Shown piece by piece: positions 36,559-50,509 of a DNA stretch of 64,000 nucleotides. Location: positions 32,984,001 to 33,048,000 of the forward strand of contig NC_135761.1 in assembly GCF_052425735.1 (NCBI RefSeq). The letters run 5' to 3'. A program made the position numbers and the translations under genes. Every line of letters starts with the position of its first letter. The stretch's first letter is position 1. The notes below the pieces were generated by a model, which was not told where the DNA came from, did not search any database, and was given only the letters and a program-made list of their open reading frames with translations. Origin of the DNA: Oculina patagonica (Eukaryota).

Positions 36559-37261
36559 TACTCCCATATAAGGGCTATACGGGTACATGTGCTGCTCAAC
36601 AGGGTATGCCTTTTGCCTCTCTGACTCTGAAACAGGGTATACAAATCACCCTTTTGACTGTGGAACACTATCAAGTTTAGCTATGAAACTCCGCTCCTCT
36701 CATTGGTTTTTCTCCAAGCCACAGACAAAGTCAAGTGAGCGCTTTGTGATGTACGTTAGTGTTTTTATATCTATCTTCATATATTTTTCATTGTGGATAT
36801 TGTCTGGAACAGGGTACCTATTTTGCACTGTTTGTCTGGAACAGGGTCGCAAATTGAGCCGTTTTTCTCTGGAACAGGTCCAGAGTCTCAGCGACTCAGT
36901 GGCACACCCCTTTAGTAAATTTTAGGGAGTACCTCTTCCCCCCCCCCCCCCGGGACACAGTAAAAAAGAAAGTAAGTAACAATATTAATATTTATAAAAA
37001 AAAATAAAACGAATATTATATTCTTAGCCTTAAAATTGTACAATGGCTTGAATTCAGGTTTCAATAAAGTGCAAAATAATTAACTGGGGAGCTCCGCTTT
37101 TAGGCTTGCCTAAATCTATATATTATCTTTAAAATCCTTTCAATGACACAGGCCCCCAAAAATAGATTAAATACTTTGCAATAAATTTGTTTAGTAAAGA
37201 CCAAAGGATTCGGAAAGGAAATAACTACAGGTATTATTTTGTGTTTTCTGTTAACTTGCAG

Positions 37262-38730
37262 GTCATATGGCATCATTATTTGACAAATATAACCCCCATA
37301 CCAATTTCTATGCATGTGGCAAGTTCTTAGACAAAGTCGCAGATGCATATCTGATTTGCGGGGCATTACACCACTTTGAGATGGAGACATTGGGGGAGGA
37401 TCTAAAGAAGATTTATACACTGGGGATCCTGCCGACAAGCAAGCAAAGCTAGATTATGTCAAGAAAGTATTGAAATGCTTCATTGAAGACCATGTTGAGA
37501 CAAATGTATCGGAGCTGAGCCAGCAGGCACCCACTTATTGCCACTTTTGTGACAGGAAATATGTCAGGCCAAGTGCACTTAAGAACCATGAGGAAAAGGA
37601 ACATGGTTTTGATGTTGCCGAAAGCAACAGCTCATCCCAACCCCCCACTAAGTGATCAGGACAAAGTTTACAATTATACCCACCAAGCCCTTGTATTGGT
37701 GCTGCTGAGAAAGAATCATGAAGATGCCATCAAACTTGCTGACGGGGAGAGAATTGTAAGACTTTACAAATTCTTTAGTCTGTTTTACAAAGTTAGCAAA
37801 TGCCCCAAAGAATGCCATTGGAACTCTGCATTTTCTACCACAGGTAAAGTGCCTCCTTAGCCCAAGGCTAGCTCACTCTTTAACATGGAACAGATTTGTG
37901 AATCATTAAGGAAACATTGACTCAAACTTTCTGATGGATAAGGAAGTTGAGCATGACAATTTGGATTCAAGACGGATATACATAGTTTCAAGGGTGATAT
38001 TACTGACAAGAGCATAGGCAAACGTAATTTTACTGATTAAAATAAAAAAATGAAATTAAAAGTAAAATTAAGTTCATCAGTAAAAATAAGTTCAAATATT
38101 GACTAGAAATTTTTTTAGTCAGTTCTTAACAGGTATTAAATTTTCACCATCAAAAGTGTTCCTCCCCACTGCTTCACCTCACACTATATTTTTTATTGTT
38201 TCCTTTCTTGTAAGTATTTCGTCGTAATTTACAGTATAGTCACTTCAGTCATATGTATTTTGGTTTAGACAAGTACATGTATTATTGTAATTTCTATTTC
38301 TATTTCCTATGCTATCATGTATTTTTCCTTTTTTGTATTATTATATTTCGTCCTCGTTGAAGATGTAACTATTTTGTGCTTTTTTATGTAAATATTGTTA
38401 ATGTTTGTAAATGTTGATTTCAATAAAACATGTTATTAAAAAAATGAGTCATTCTACTACTAGCCCTGCTGACGAAATCCTCAGAAGCTTTGAAGCCATC
38501 TGGGAGGCACACAGAAATGTGTGCACATCAAATGTCCACAGAAAGTGATGTCATCGCATTGGTCGACCATTTTTTGGAGGCAGGCCTTTATGACATTATC
38601 CCTGGAAGAAAGCACTCTGCTTTCCCAGAAATGATAGCACAATTTGCTTACAGACTTAAAGGTCGATGATGAATTTTTAAATTGGGTTTCAAAGTCACTG
38701 AGAAAGTTCTAAAGAAAGCATTTTTACCGA
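37262..38730 (+). pseudogene. Academ-type (DUF6589-like) transposase with an inserted C2H2 finger
   Basis: FYACGKFLDKVADAYLI, CHFCDRKY..HEEKEH, DKVYNY, DAIKLADGERIVRLYKF, LSPRLAHSLTWNRFVN, DKEVEHDN. Confidence 0.75.
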
Positions 38731-39159
38731 CTGTTAACATCAATATTGCTCAAATCCTCTATTAAGATCTTTCCTGATATGCAGGGGGTGGAGTGGTGGC
38801 TACGTCTTAAGTCGCTTCTCCGACGTACTACTGGTCAATTCGCCAACGTCTCAGTTTACTTTGTAATGAAAGTTTTTCTTACATTTGTGTGTTGTCATTT
38901 ATTTCACTCCCTTGGACTAATAATTCCCCAGCGCATGGGTGCAAGAATAATAAGATCAACTCATTGTTTACAACACAGGGAGAGCACAACACCTACATAT
39001 GCAACAGCAGTTCTTGCGCGAGCGGATTCTTACAGATATAACAAATTTGCAACAAAAATAGGATAATAATCCTAAATGCAAATCTGCTACGCTCCCTCTT
39101 CACTTAAAGTTTTTACGAACACAAAAAGTTAAGTGCTCTTTACGACAAGTGAAAAAGTA

Positions 39160-39228
39160 ACAAGTCACACTACAATTGACACTAATTAGTGTTTACAAGT
39201 CGCACTACAATTGACACTAATTAGTGTC
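39160..39228. repeat. 35-bp tandem duplication
   Basis: acaagtcacactacaattgacactaattagtgt, two copies. Confidence 0.8.
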
Positions 39229-39909
39229 GCATTAAAATTAGCCTTTTGTGGCTGTAGCAAGAGACTTAGACTTAAGGCTTATTAGAATATGAATTTTTCC
39301 TGTCAACCAATCAGAACTGTGAATTTTATTACACTTACTTTTTTGATCTGATGCCATGTCGGGTCTTCATTCGAGCTTAAGAGCAACTATAAGTCATGGA
39401 CATTTGCCACGTTTGTAACTTTTCCCTTTGCCCAGGTCAGGAAGGCCTTTAATGCAACGGTTGCTTCCGATGGCAGCATCATACCTGCGGTACAGGAGTA
39501 TCTTTAGCCCAGTACCGTGCCACAGTACAGTTCGGAGAGGAGGCAATCAACTGGTGTTGCCAGTTTTGCAACACTAGTATGGACTCTTCGATCAGTGATT
39601 CCTCAATGGTAATCACACGTACATATGTTTATCATATGTATAATTATTATTGTCGTAAACTTGAGTTTTTGTAAGTTACTTTTCAGTCTCAAGTAGGGTC
39701 TAGCGCAAGTGGTCCCTTAAGTCTCTTGAAGCGTAAATTCAATTTACAAATGAAAAAATCCATTGTCCACTACACATGGTCTAAGTTAGATCATTAAAAA
39801 AGCACAAAACACGAACATTGACTGATCTCGTTTGTTTTCTCCTCTACCTACTGATTTTAGACGGATTTATGCCTGCCTAAATCAATATATTATTGTTGTT
39901 TCTGTCTAT

Positions 39910-40277
39910 AGGTCCTGTTGGAGGAACTTACTGAAGCCTGTGCACAGCCCTACCCAAACCCAAATACATTGCTTGAGCTGCCAACCGGCTGCGTCAAAAA
40001 CTCCGCCTTGAGCACCCACGAGATCTTGACTTCGAACTGGTTGATGAATGTCTCCCTGTTGGTTTCCTCCGTACTGACCTCGAAGTAAAGGATAGATGCC
40101 ACCTGATATTTGCAAGGCAGGAGCAGCTGAACACCAGACCTAGTCCATCGACGGGACGTTAAAACTTGTTCGCCACCCCTTCAAACCAGCTCCTAACAGT
40201 AAATGGGGAGAATGCCAAGCAGGTGCCACTTGCATACGTACTCATGTCCAGCAAGAAGGGAAAGGATTATAAAAAGG
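39910..40277 (+). pseudogene. MULE transposase fragment
   Basis: AANRLRQKLR, DLDFEL, IDGTLKLVRHPF, KQVPLAYVLMS..KGKDYKK across frameshifts. Confidence 0.7.
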
Positions 40278-40866
40278 TATGTACACTTTGTTTTAAAATG
40301 ATATCAATGACGAGCTTGGACCGCTAAAAAAAATCCCCACAGGTGGCGTAACATGATTCTAGGTGTGGCAACAAATGTGTCAAAAAATCAATTAAAGCGG
40401 CAAACGAAGGTGTTACTCGCACACTGTTTCATATGACAGCTTATAATTTTATTGTCATAATATCATTTAATGGAACAGACCTGTTCTCCCATGCACTTTT
40501 TTTTGGTGTGCATCCAGGCTGTTGCTATATGTTCACAAATTTGGACTAAACGTTTTTCTGACTTAGCTTTCTTTTGTAAGATCCATTTCTTAACTGACCA
40601 GAAATGATGCATATCTTGTTTATGCTTTATTTATTGAAATAACTGATTTAGCTCGCTAACATGTAACATGCCTTTTATGTGTTTGTGTTGGACTTTTTCG
40701 ACAAAGAGACATTCCCTCCGATGGCCTTCTTAAGTCTCCTGCTTTTATGTCTGTTGTTGGACTGGTCAACTCTATCGACCTGCAACCACAGGAGGCAAAG
40801 GATCTCGATTCTGGCACGAAAAATTTTTTCCATGACTCTTAGTGCAGAATTAGGCGAGAATTAAAA

Positions 40867-41409
40867 GTGATGCAGGCAAGGATTGTTGACCTTGAGTCAG
40901 AAGTTGAGAGAATGGCTAGCTCTTCCCTTTCAGACAGGACTACTCCTAAATCAAATTCATTGACGCCGTCGCCATTTGTATCAAGTTCTGACAGTTGGAC
41001 AGGTTTGATGGGAGAAATTCAAAGTAATTCGAATTTTGGATCAACAACAAGGAAGAAAGAAGTGAAAAAGAGATGCAAGAAAGTAACGACTTTACTCCAC
41101 GTTGTGTCTGAGAAGTATGGCGATTCGATGTCCTGTGTGCTGGCTAACAGTTTCATATTTGGGAATAATGCCGAAAGATCTGAGGTGAGAGACATCATTT
41201 CTGATGTTGCAAACATGATCATCGAAGCAATAGGAAGCAAGAAAGGCCTTTCTGGGCTTCTCTCGTCTGAAATCTATGATCGTATCATGAAGAGCATGAG
41301 AGTTCCTGACTGGATCCTTCCCTACTTTAAACTTCAGACAAAACCCCCAGATTCTGAATGGCAGACATTGCTAAATTTGACACAGCTTGGAAAAAGTAAG
41401 GTAAGATAA
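40867..41409 (+). pseudogene. Uncharacterised transposon-like ORF exon (copy 1; copy 2 at about 44162-44655)
   Basis: 180-codon ORF ending at AAG|gtaaga; duplicated in the window. Confidence 0.5.
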
Positions 41410-41479
41410 AGTTCTGTGTAATATTTTTAGTTGAACTGTAGTTTAACTGAATGATGTAATCAATGTGTACAACTACTTT

Positions 41480-41843
41480 GTTAGACAATCTGAAACCTGA
41501 CAATGTTCTGTTGGAGAAAAGATTACAAAAGTGGAATCCGGTCATTATTGATTTTGGAAAGGCACGTTTTATGTCCAGTCCTAAGCCACTGATGCCCTTG
41601 TTGAAGTCTGCACAAGAGAGGTATCGCACACAGTATCCCCACATCGCCCCTGAACTCAGTCAAGGAACTGGACAACAAAGTATTGCGTCGGACGTGTTTT
41701 CTCATGGAAGAGTGGCTTTATCAATCTTAGATTTATTGCCGACTAAGCTAAGTCGATACGCTTGGCAACAAAAGCGACATCAAATGATCTGTCAAAATGC
41801 CCAACACTTCAAGAAATGCTTGCTTCTCTGTTTGCTTGTTTGA
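41480..41843 (+). pseudogene. Ser/Thr protein kinase C-lobe fragment (copy at about 44725-44936)
   Basis: NLKPDNVLL, IIDFGKA, HIAPEL, SDVFS.G. Confidence 0.85.
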
Positions 41844-44800
41844 CTACTAATTCATTCCTTTCATTTATTTATAACACACGTGAACAATTACTTCTTCACA
41901 GTTTGTTATTCAATTCTGCACTTTTAGTCTTGGACGCTGATGGACGATACTCTGGAAGAGGCCAGTCACAAAAACAACATTCCATGAATGGGGTAAATCT
42001 TTGCACTCAAGCATGGTGTAGACTTTAAGGCAAATCGAGGTATGTTACTTAAAATTTGATGAATTATGCTAGAATCACCACTAATGTTCGGTAATTAGCT
42101 CAGTTTCTTTTTCACTTGCTTCCTTTAGCTGCTTCGAAAGATTAAAAGAACTCAAGAATGGAGAGAATGTAGATAAAAAGCCAGGTCACCAGAAAAGTTT
42201 TGTGGTCGACCTCGCCTTCCATTGCTTCAATCGTTTTGTACAGAATGCCAAGCCAATGCCGAACTTGGACACAAGGTAGTTACCTTCGTGTTTGTCAAAA
42301 GATGATGTTTATAGAATTTGCAGGGAAGAGATGGGTACCAGACCAGTATGCAAATCAACAAAAGAATTGTACAAAAGAATTGTTGTCATCCCCCTGGTTA
42401 GTGAAATGGCCCTTGTTGTACGTTTGTTTTACGTTGATCATTATCGTTATGTTGCCTGCCTGTTATTTATTCTAGTTTACTGATTTTATTAGGAAAGTCG
42501 TTTTTCCTAATGCACAATTTGCGTCCATTTCAAAGAGCAGCTGCAAAGTGGTGAGACCGACAGCGAAAGTAAGAAGGAACTCAATCTAATGAGAAAGATC
42601 CATGTCACACAGCAGCTGAAAGTGAAAAATATGTTCTATATATGATTGACTGATTGATGCTCAAGGAGAATTAATTTCTTGGACTAATGCGACGGTCATT
42701 GATTGTATTTGTTTCCCGTTAATAACAGAGCGGAAAGAGAAAAGCACTACAAACCCAGGTTGAAAGTGGCGGCACATCCCAAAAAATATTTATCCTTAAC
42801 ATTGGATGGAATGGATCAGAATAAGCATAACCTGCCCCACCCAACAAAGAGCACAAAGAGTACAAAGCTGCCGATATATAATTGACCCTACCAATACTGA
42901 CCAACAAAGAAAATGTCAGAGGTGGCAGACTGCTTTGAGACTGGATGCTGGGTGGGAGGGGGGGGGGTTTCATACATCAAACCAAGAACAAAACACAAGA
43001 ACAGGTGCCCATCCCCCACCCCCAGGAGGGCACAAACCCCTACATATATTCCAAAACGTTGAAAACAGTGTAAGTAGACTTTTGGTTAGCCAGTTAATGA
43101 GTAAATTAGCTAGTTTAGCTACTCAGTTAGTTATTTAGTTAATTAGTTAAGTTAGTCAGTTAATTAGTTAGTTTTCATTTAAAGGTTTTAATGATTCTAA
43201 GTTTTATTTTCATCTTTACAGCTTAGCTATTTTATTTGTAAGTAACTTTTTATCACGGAAGAAAATTTTTAATTTAAATTTTATTTTTAATAACATTTCA
43301 CTGTAAAGCGCCATGAACCATCGGTATGGCACTATATTAGTCTATTATTAGATAGTTTAAATTTAATAGCATCTATTCAAGTTTCAGTGCAACATTTTTT
43401 AACGGCAGTCAATTTAAAAAAGATGATGTAGCATTGATTGTTGTTAAAAAAAATTGTGGTACTAAATTATTGTTTTAACCATAAATCAAAGGTGGATGGA
43501 GCTGCTTGGAAACTAAAAACACACGTGACTGGAGCACAAGTAAACCATCGTCCGATGGTCGCAGCATTCATTGACTGTTGTCGGTGGTTGGGGAGGATCC
43601 AAAAAAGAATTTCTACACTGGGGATCCTGAAGACAAGCAAGAAACCAAGATTATGTCAAGGAAGTACTGAAATGCTTCATTGAAGACCATGTTGTGACAA
43701 ATGTACTGGAACTAAGCCAGCACGCACCCACTTTGAATGATTTGAATTGTCGCTTTTGTGACAGGAAATATGTCAGGCCAAGTGCACTTCAGAACTATGA
43801 GGAAAAGGAACATGGTTTTGATGTTGCCGAAAACAACAGCTCATCCCAACCCCCTGCTGAAATGAATTGTCCAAATTGTCTGAATCGGAATTGTCCCCCG
43901 TCGTCCTTGCCTTCATTCAACATTTCATGTCTCTCGAGGGTTGAAGGCCCCTCTCTTGACCCACAGAAAAAGTGGTACATATTATCAAAGAAAATTATTG
44001 GAACAGCTTCTGCCCAACTTGTGGATTTTGCTAAAAATATATCGAAGATATTTCACAATGTAGTCAAGAGTGTTCCAGCGCGGGAACTCAGGCCCGCCAA
44101 AACAGGAGGCATAGCTGCAGCATTCAGAAACTATACCTGTCTACCGAGTAGCCTTTATGTGAAGTTGAGGGAAGGGCTAGCTCTTCCCTTTCAAACAGGA
44201 CTACTCCTAAATCAAGTTCCTCGCCGCCGTCGCCATGTGTATCAAGTTCCGACAGTTCGATCAAAGAAATTTAAAGTAATTCAAATTTTGGATCGACGAC
44301 AGGGAAGAGAGAAGTGAAAAAGAGATGCAAGGAAGTACTGGCTTCACTCCATGTTGTGTCTGAGAAGTATGGCAATTCGATTTCCTGTGTGCTGGCTTAC
44401 AGTTTCGTATTTGGGAATAATGCTGAAGATCTGAGGTGAGAGACATCATTTCTGATGATGTGGAAATGATCATCGAAGCCAAAGGAAGCAAGAAAGACTT
44501 TTCTGGGCTTCTCACATCCGAAACTTATGATCATATCATGAAGGGCATGAGAGTTCCTGACTGGGTCCTTCTCTACTTTAAACTTCAGACAAAATTCCCA
44601 GATTCTGCACGGCAGACATTGCTAAATTTGACACAGCTTGGAAAAAGTAAGGTTACATAAAGTTCTGTGCAATATTTTTAGTTGAAGTGTAGTTTAACTG
44701 AATGATCTAATCAATGTGTACAACTACTTTGTTAGACAATCTGAAACCTGACAATGTTCTGTTGGAGAAAAGATTACAAAAGTGGAATCCAGTTATTATT

Positions 44801-45341
44801 GATTTTGCAAAGGCACGTTTTATGTCCAATCCTAAGCTACTGATGCCCTTGTTGAAGTCCGCACAAGAAAGGTACCACACACTGTATCCCCACATCGCCC
44901 CTGCACTCAGTCAAGGAACTGGACAACAAAGTATTGTATACCTGGCTAACAAATCTCAGGCGTAAGCTGTTTGCTGGTATTACTGAAGAATTTGCTGATG
45001 AAGAATCTGATGACAAGGAAGAGCCTTTAACATTCATTGGATTACAAAGACGTTTTGTGATAAGTTATTTATTTCCATAAGTATAAAGTTAAATGTCATA
45101 CTCTGTATGAGTCGAACAATATTAAAAAGTTGCGGCCATGGTACCTCACTGATTTGGCTGAAATTTTGCATGTAATCATGATTTGGGGTCCTTAGTACGA
45201 AATGGATGTTTTAAAATTCTATAAAATTTTTACTTTGGAAATTATGAAGACAGCCATTTTCGATCAGCTTCCTTCCTAACTCCTAGTTGTCGTTCCATTC
45301 CGACAATACCGCGACGACCTGAAAGTAGGCCACACCAAGAG

Positions 45342-46319
45342 GTGAAGATCAGTGCCTCAGAAATTCTTGTGATAGAGTATTCCCTCCGAGATGCACGTGG
45401 CGATGTTAAGGCTGGAGATGGTTTTTTTGGAAAAGTTTCCCTTCAGATATATAACAGAACTTTTCCAGTTGCGGTGAAGGAGTACAAGTTCAATGATTTG
45501 TACGAAGTGACAAACAAGGCAAATAAAATCTTTCAACTCCAGAAAAACGGACCTCAAAAACAAAACAAAACTGTGTTTGATAATTATTGCTTTTATTTAT
45601 TACACATATCATTTCGGAGTTACGAAACCTCACCCTAAAGAACAAGCCATTAATTACAGGTCTAACATGAAGTTATATGTCAAATAATTTTTGTCAACTT
45701 ATTGCATTGTAAAAATATCATAGCCTTGTCATAATAATTTCTCTAATGTTACAACAGACATGACATTTAAGGCTGTCATGGACAGGGCGAGTGCTACCAC
45801 CATACCATTTGGATGGGACGACGCTGAGAACAGTACAATGATAAAACAAGTGGCAGCTGCCTTCTTTAACCAAGTAAGTCCAATAGTTTTTTCCCCTTGC
45901 TTTGTAGGAATCAGCACAAAACGGTTTTTAATGGTCATGCAGTGTTATGGAAAAAATAACAAAAGTTGGACCTTGGGCCGAGCTCTGAAGTACAGTAACC
46001 CACCTAAATGGAATGCCATCTTGGTGGATTTTGGAGAGAGCAGACCCATGGAAAACCCAAACAATACAATTTGACAGAGCTACAGCAAATCCATTATGCA
46101 AAATGTCATCCGTGGATTATGCCTGAGCAAGTGAAAGGCATTCAACCGCAATTGGTTGCTTTGGATGTCTTTTCGCTGGGGATGATGCTACTTCTTTTTG
46201 AAAATTCAAAAATTGAGCTGCCTCAAAATGTTTGTGTAATGTGCCAGGGCTGTAGGTCAAAAGAGCCCGCTAAACCACGGGAAATAATAGGCTTACAAAA
46301 TTCGCTAAGTGGCTGTTAA
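45342..46319 (+). pseudogene. Fragments of a second protein kinase (N-lobe 45342-45545, C-lobe about 46005-46319)
   Basis: GDGFFGKV, VAVKEY; ILVDFGES, PWIMPE, DVFSLG. Confidence 0.75.
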
Positions 46320-46910
46320 ACATTAACATACGAGCATTTTTCTTTTGAATATAGTACAGATACAATTATATATTTCACCTTGTCGTTTAAAATAAACATA
46401 AAAATTATGTCTGAGCTTTCCTGCCTTGGTTGTAACTGAATGATTCTAATTTTTCACATTTTATTTCAAGTCTGCCCCCAGGGTCGGTGATATACGAATG
46501 AGCCTTCTGCAATTTACTTTTTTAAACACTGAAATTGCCAACTTTAAAGCGCTTGAATTAGAGAAAACAAGTGCAGCAGTAAAATATTTTTCAATATAAA
46601 CTTTGTACTGTTGATACAATGCATAATTTTATAACAAAAACATGTGATGCTCTCTTTGATTGATTTTATAATTGAACAAAAATACAATATTATTCCCTTT
46701 TTTTAGTTGACGTGACCAATCTACCGCAAGTTTTCTACAACGCACATTTATCTGATCGTTAAACAATGGATTATCCTGGTTTGAGTGACAACCAATGTAC
46801 CTGTACTGCACCAATGCACCCTTGTGAAGGCACACGGCTCGTCATGCATTGATTGTTAAAATATATATAATATATTATTGTGAAAACTAAATTATTGTTT
46901 TAACCATTAA

Positions 46911-47499
46911 CCCTATCCAGACCGGGGGGGGGGGGGGGCGGAAAGTGTCCGTGCCGACTTTGAACGCTTATGACTTTTTTTATTCAACCAAACGCTGCCA
47001 AACTTTGCGACTTTATCTAAAATTTATCCGGGAATAATTTGGTAGGGTAGGTTGTTGTGTCAGGAACTTGACGTCACCATGGCAACGGCATTTTGACAGG
47101 CATGTTTTCCCAAATTTGTAATTTTCGTGTTTCTATTAATGAAAAATAACTTTAAAGTAATTATTTTCACCTGTTAACGGGTTTAAAGCACAAATTTATT
47201 GGTTTTGAGTATTTTCCAGTAATTTTGGGCGGTTTTCTGACGTTTTGAAAAAATGTCGAAATCCAAGATGGCGGATCCAAGATGGCGGCTGTTTTGACAT
47301 TATGATGTAATTGTCAAGTGATGTGACGTCATCATCCCACGTGACATATACCAAAAGATAGATTTTGGGACATACTATATATCCTGTAAGTTTCATTGTG
47401 ATTACTTAAATATTCTGGAAGTTATGGAGGGGGGCGGAATCCACCCCCCCCCCCCCCCCCTGGTCTGAAAAGACCAAAAAAAGCCCGGTCTGAATAGGG
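46911..47499. mobile_element. piggyBac-type MITE
   Basis: TTAA TSD and TIR CCCTATCCAGACCGGG ... CCCGGTCTGAATAGGG; absent from the paralogous site at about 43480. Confidence 0.9.
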
Positions 47500-47714
47500 T
47501 TAATCAAAGATGGATGGAGATGCTTGGAAACTTAAGACACACGTGACTGGAGCACTAGTAAACCATCGTTCAATAGCCGCAGCATTTATTGGCTGTTGTC
47601 AGTGGCCTTATGATTGCTCCAGGTGATAGCCCAGGGCAATTATTCTTGATCATGACTTGCAAAAATAAATTACAAAATTAACAATTAATGTTAATATACT
47701 AATAATAATCTACA

Positions 47715-48780
47715 TCTTACAGGTCAAAATTGTCTGCAGGTTATTTTTCTCAACCTAGGTTATTTTTCCCAAGAGTCAAAAGATGGAGGAATTCTGCTTG
47801 AGAAAAAAAAAATCAAACAGGTTTATGTGCTCCAAGAACCCCAACAACACAGGGACTTGTAGAGCGTAACCATCGTACCATTCAAGAAAATATGACCAAT
47901 ATCATCAAAGAGAAAAATGAAAAACAAAGGAGAACTGGTGTAAAATACTAAACAAGGCAGCGCACAAGAAAAATGTAGTTACACACAGTGCCACAGGAAA
48001 GACACGGTATGAAGCAGTATTTGGCCTTCTTGCAAAAAAGAAGTTCACAATGTTGAAGCATGAGGAAGAAGACATGCAAAGGAAAAAACTGAAAACAGAT
48101 ATCAATAAAAAAACAGTCAAGTTATAATAGCAGAATGAAAGAGAGTAGAAAAAAAGCTCCAACATTTCACAAGGATGACTTTGATTCTTTGAAAAGAGTA
48201 TGCCAAAATTGTCACTAAGTTCGGAAAAGTAAAAACATTGATTTCAAAAACAGGTTGAATAAGTGCACAGCAACGAGCATAATATTTGACTACTCAAAAG
48301 ACATTACATTTTCCACTGCATGCAAAATGGCTACAGAACAGTGATGTAATATTACAACTATGAATGAGAAAGTGAATAAAACACACTGAAAATAATTGAT
48401 TGCAATTGTGAGAATTTGAGTGTAACTAATCCAAACAGTAACCATAACCCTTACATTAACAAATGTCACGAATGTAATTTGTAATTTGTAAACACAACCA
48501 CATCAGCTATGCTGCAAAACATTTATCGTGTATAAATAAAAGCTTTTTTTATTATTATTAATGGAAAAACTAATTCTAACACTACATCGTTTCATTTTAC
48601 AGGTCGCAGGTTAAGGCTGCCTCAACCAACAAATGATAGCTCACCACCAGCAATCCAAAATTGTTTGGAGTTATTAAACTACTTTTAAAAAATACCCAAG
48701 TTAAAATTTTTTAAACTAGTTTTAAAAAAATCACCTCGGTTAAAAAAAAATAAACCTGAATTTCAATTTGACCTGTAACA
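47715..48780 (+). mobile_element. Ginger-type DNA transposon, internally deleted
   Basis: About 50-bp TIRs T(G/C)TTACAGGTCAAA and a 4-bp TSD TACA (47711-47714, 48781-48784); integrase remnant APRTPTTQGLVERNHRTI ... NWCKIL ... HSATGKTRYEAVFG. Confidence 0.85.
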
Positions 48781-50079
48781 TACATTATCAACTGCACCTG
48801 TTCATCAATGGAGACAATACATAGGGTATTGACTTAAAATGAATTTGAATTTAATCCAGTGGGTCTTACCTTGCTTTTTTATTTACATGATAGTTTGGTC
48901 AGTTGCCACCCATCCTCTATCTACAAATGGACAACTGCTGGCGCGAATGCAAAAATCAATTCGTTATTACATTCCTTGCCATGCTTGTGGAGCTGAGAAT
49001 TTTTAAGAAGGTTAGTTGATGTTGTGTAATAAGTAATCTAATGTACATGTAATGTTATGTAATGTAATGACTGTAACATAAGGTTACCTACCGTTACGTA
49101 GAATTATGTAATACAAGCTACTAAAGACAGACTAAAAAAGGTTAAACTATTACTTTATTATATCTCCTCTTTCCTTCCAGTCTCCTTCCCTTTTCCCATT
49201 CCTCTTTGTTCACTGATCTTACCTCCCTCCAGGCCTGCACCCTCTTGCTTGCTCACTCTCTTGCTCTCTGTATGTTTGTTCGTTTGCTCATAATGGAATT
49301 TGTGTTGCAGCTACAATCACTTCACATGTTAGCACACATGACCTTGCAAATAACAACCAATGGGCATACAAAACCGAGCATCTATTGATCAAAATGTCAA
49401 ACCGCGCAGGAATAACAAAGCTGCCCCGACCTCGGCCATAGATGAAACAAACAGAGGCAAAGCTTTCAATTTGCAGGCACTAAACAATGTGTTATAGTTA
49501 ACGACTTCATTGTGATTTTTGTCGTTTGCGAAAAAATAGAATTTGAAATTGCAGGAAATTGGCACATACTTTAGGACTTGGATAATTGTTGTTGTTTGAG
49601 CGATTCGTCTTCATTGAATCGATTTGGCCGATACTTTTCCTCTACTCTCAGTCAGTTTTACCATAGAGCGGTTTTTAAATCTGTTATGTCACATCTTGAA
49701 AGTTGAGAAAAATCTTTGCATGTACTGTACCCAGTTGATTGTACTGCTACCTCGGCTTTATAAAGCTGTTTTCGAGTCAAACACTTTCTTAGAATCGCTG
49801 ACCAAAATAATCAGAAAAAGTTAACAACTCAGTACAAAAAAATCCATTCGATCATTTTACTGTATTCACATGCAAAAACTGTGCACCTTATTTCTTTTAT
49901 GGGCTCCTCCTTAGCACCTCACATTCATTTCCCAAATTTTTACTAGGGTTTGTATGGCGGCCATGTATATTTACCTCTCGAAAGTCAAGTTTTCGAATTT
50001 CTGTAATACAGAAATTGTTGCTGCAACGAGAGCATGCCCACAATGTATTCTGGTTGCCAGTGTCCCTTTAAAGAATTGA

Positions 50080-50330
50080 GATAATTAGACTGGTATACAC
50101 CCTCTGTGGATGTCCTTCAAAGGGTTAAATGGCGAACGCTAGAAACTAACTATAACACTAAAATTCTAGCTCTAGTTTACACAGTATTTGAAGGAACTGC
50201 TCCATTGGGTATACAATTTCTTTTTCGGAAACAGCATAGTATATATGACATGAGACGTCAGAACTGCTTTGTCCTGCCCAAGCCAAAAACAAACCTTAAA
50301 ATGAAATTAGTAACATACATTGGCGCATAA
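50080..50330 (+). mobile_element. CR1/L2 LINE ORF2 3' fragment
   Basis: VLQRVKWRTL..YDMR...LPKPKTN..K...TYIGA. Confidence 0.65.
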
Positions 50331-50509
50331 GGGGAATATGTTTTTTGCGTAGTACTTAAATAAATACAAGCAATATGCAAAATACCGGCACATATTAAGT
50401 TAAACATTTTTTGTGTCATTTAGCTCCAAAATGTGGCATTGCAGTGTAATACGCAATACTACTAACAGTAATAACATGTCGTATTACCAATTTTTTGCTT
50501 TGATTTTCA

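Larger units (their letters stand above)
42130..49010 (+). pseudogene. Scattered exons of a Sola-like (DUF7869-type) DDE transposase
   Basis: YLSLTLDGMDQNKHNLP (about 42790-42840), KTHVTGA (about 43515 and 47535), LPPILYLQMDNCWRECKN..FLAMLVE (about 48900-49010). Confidence 0.6.
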
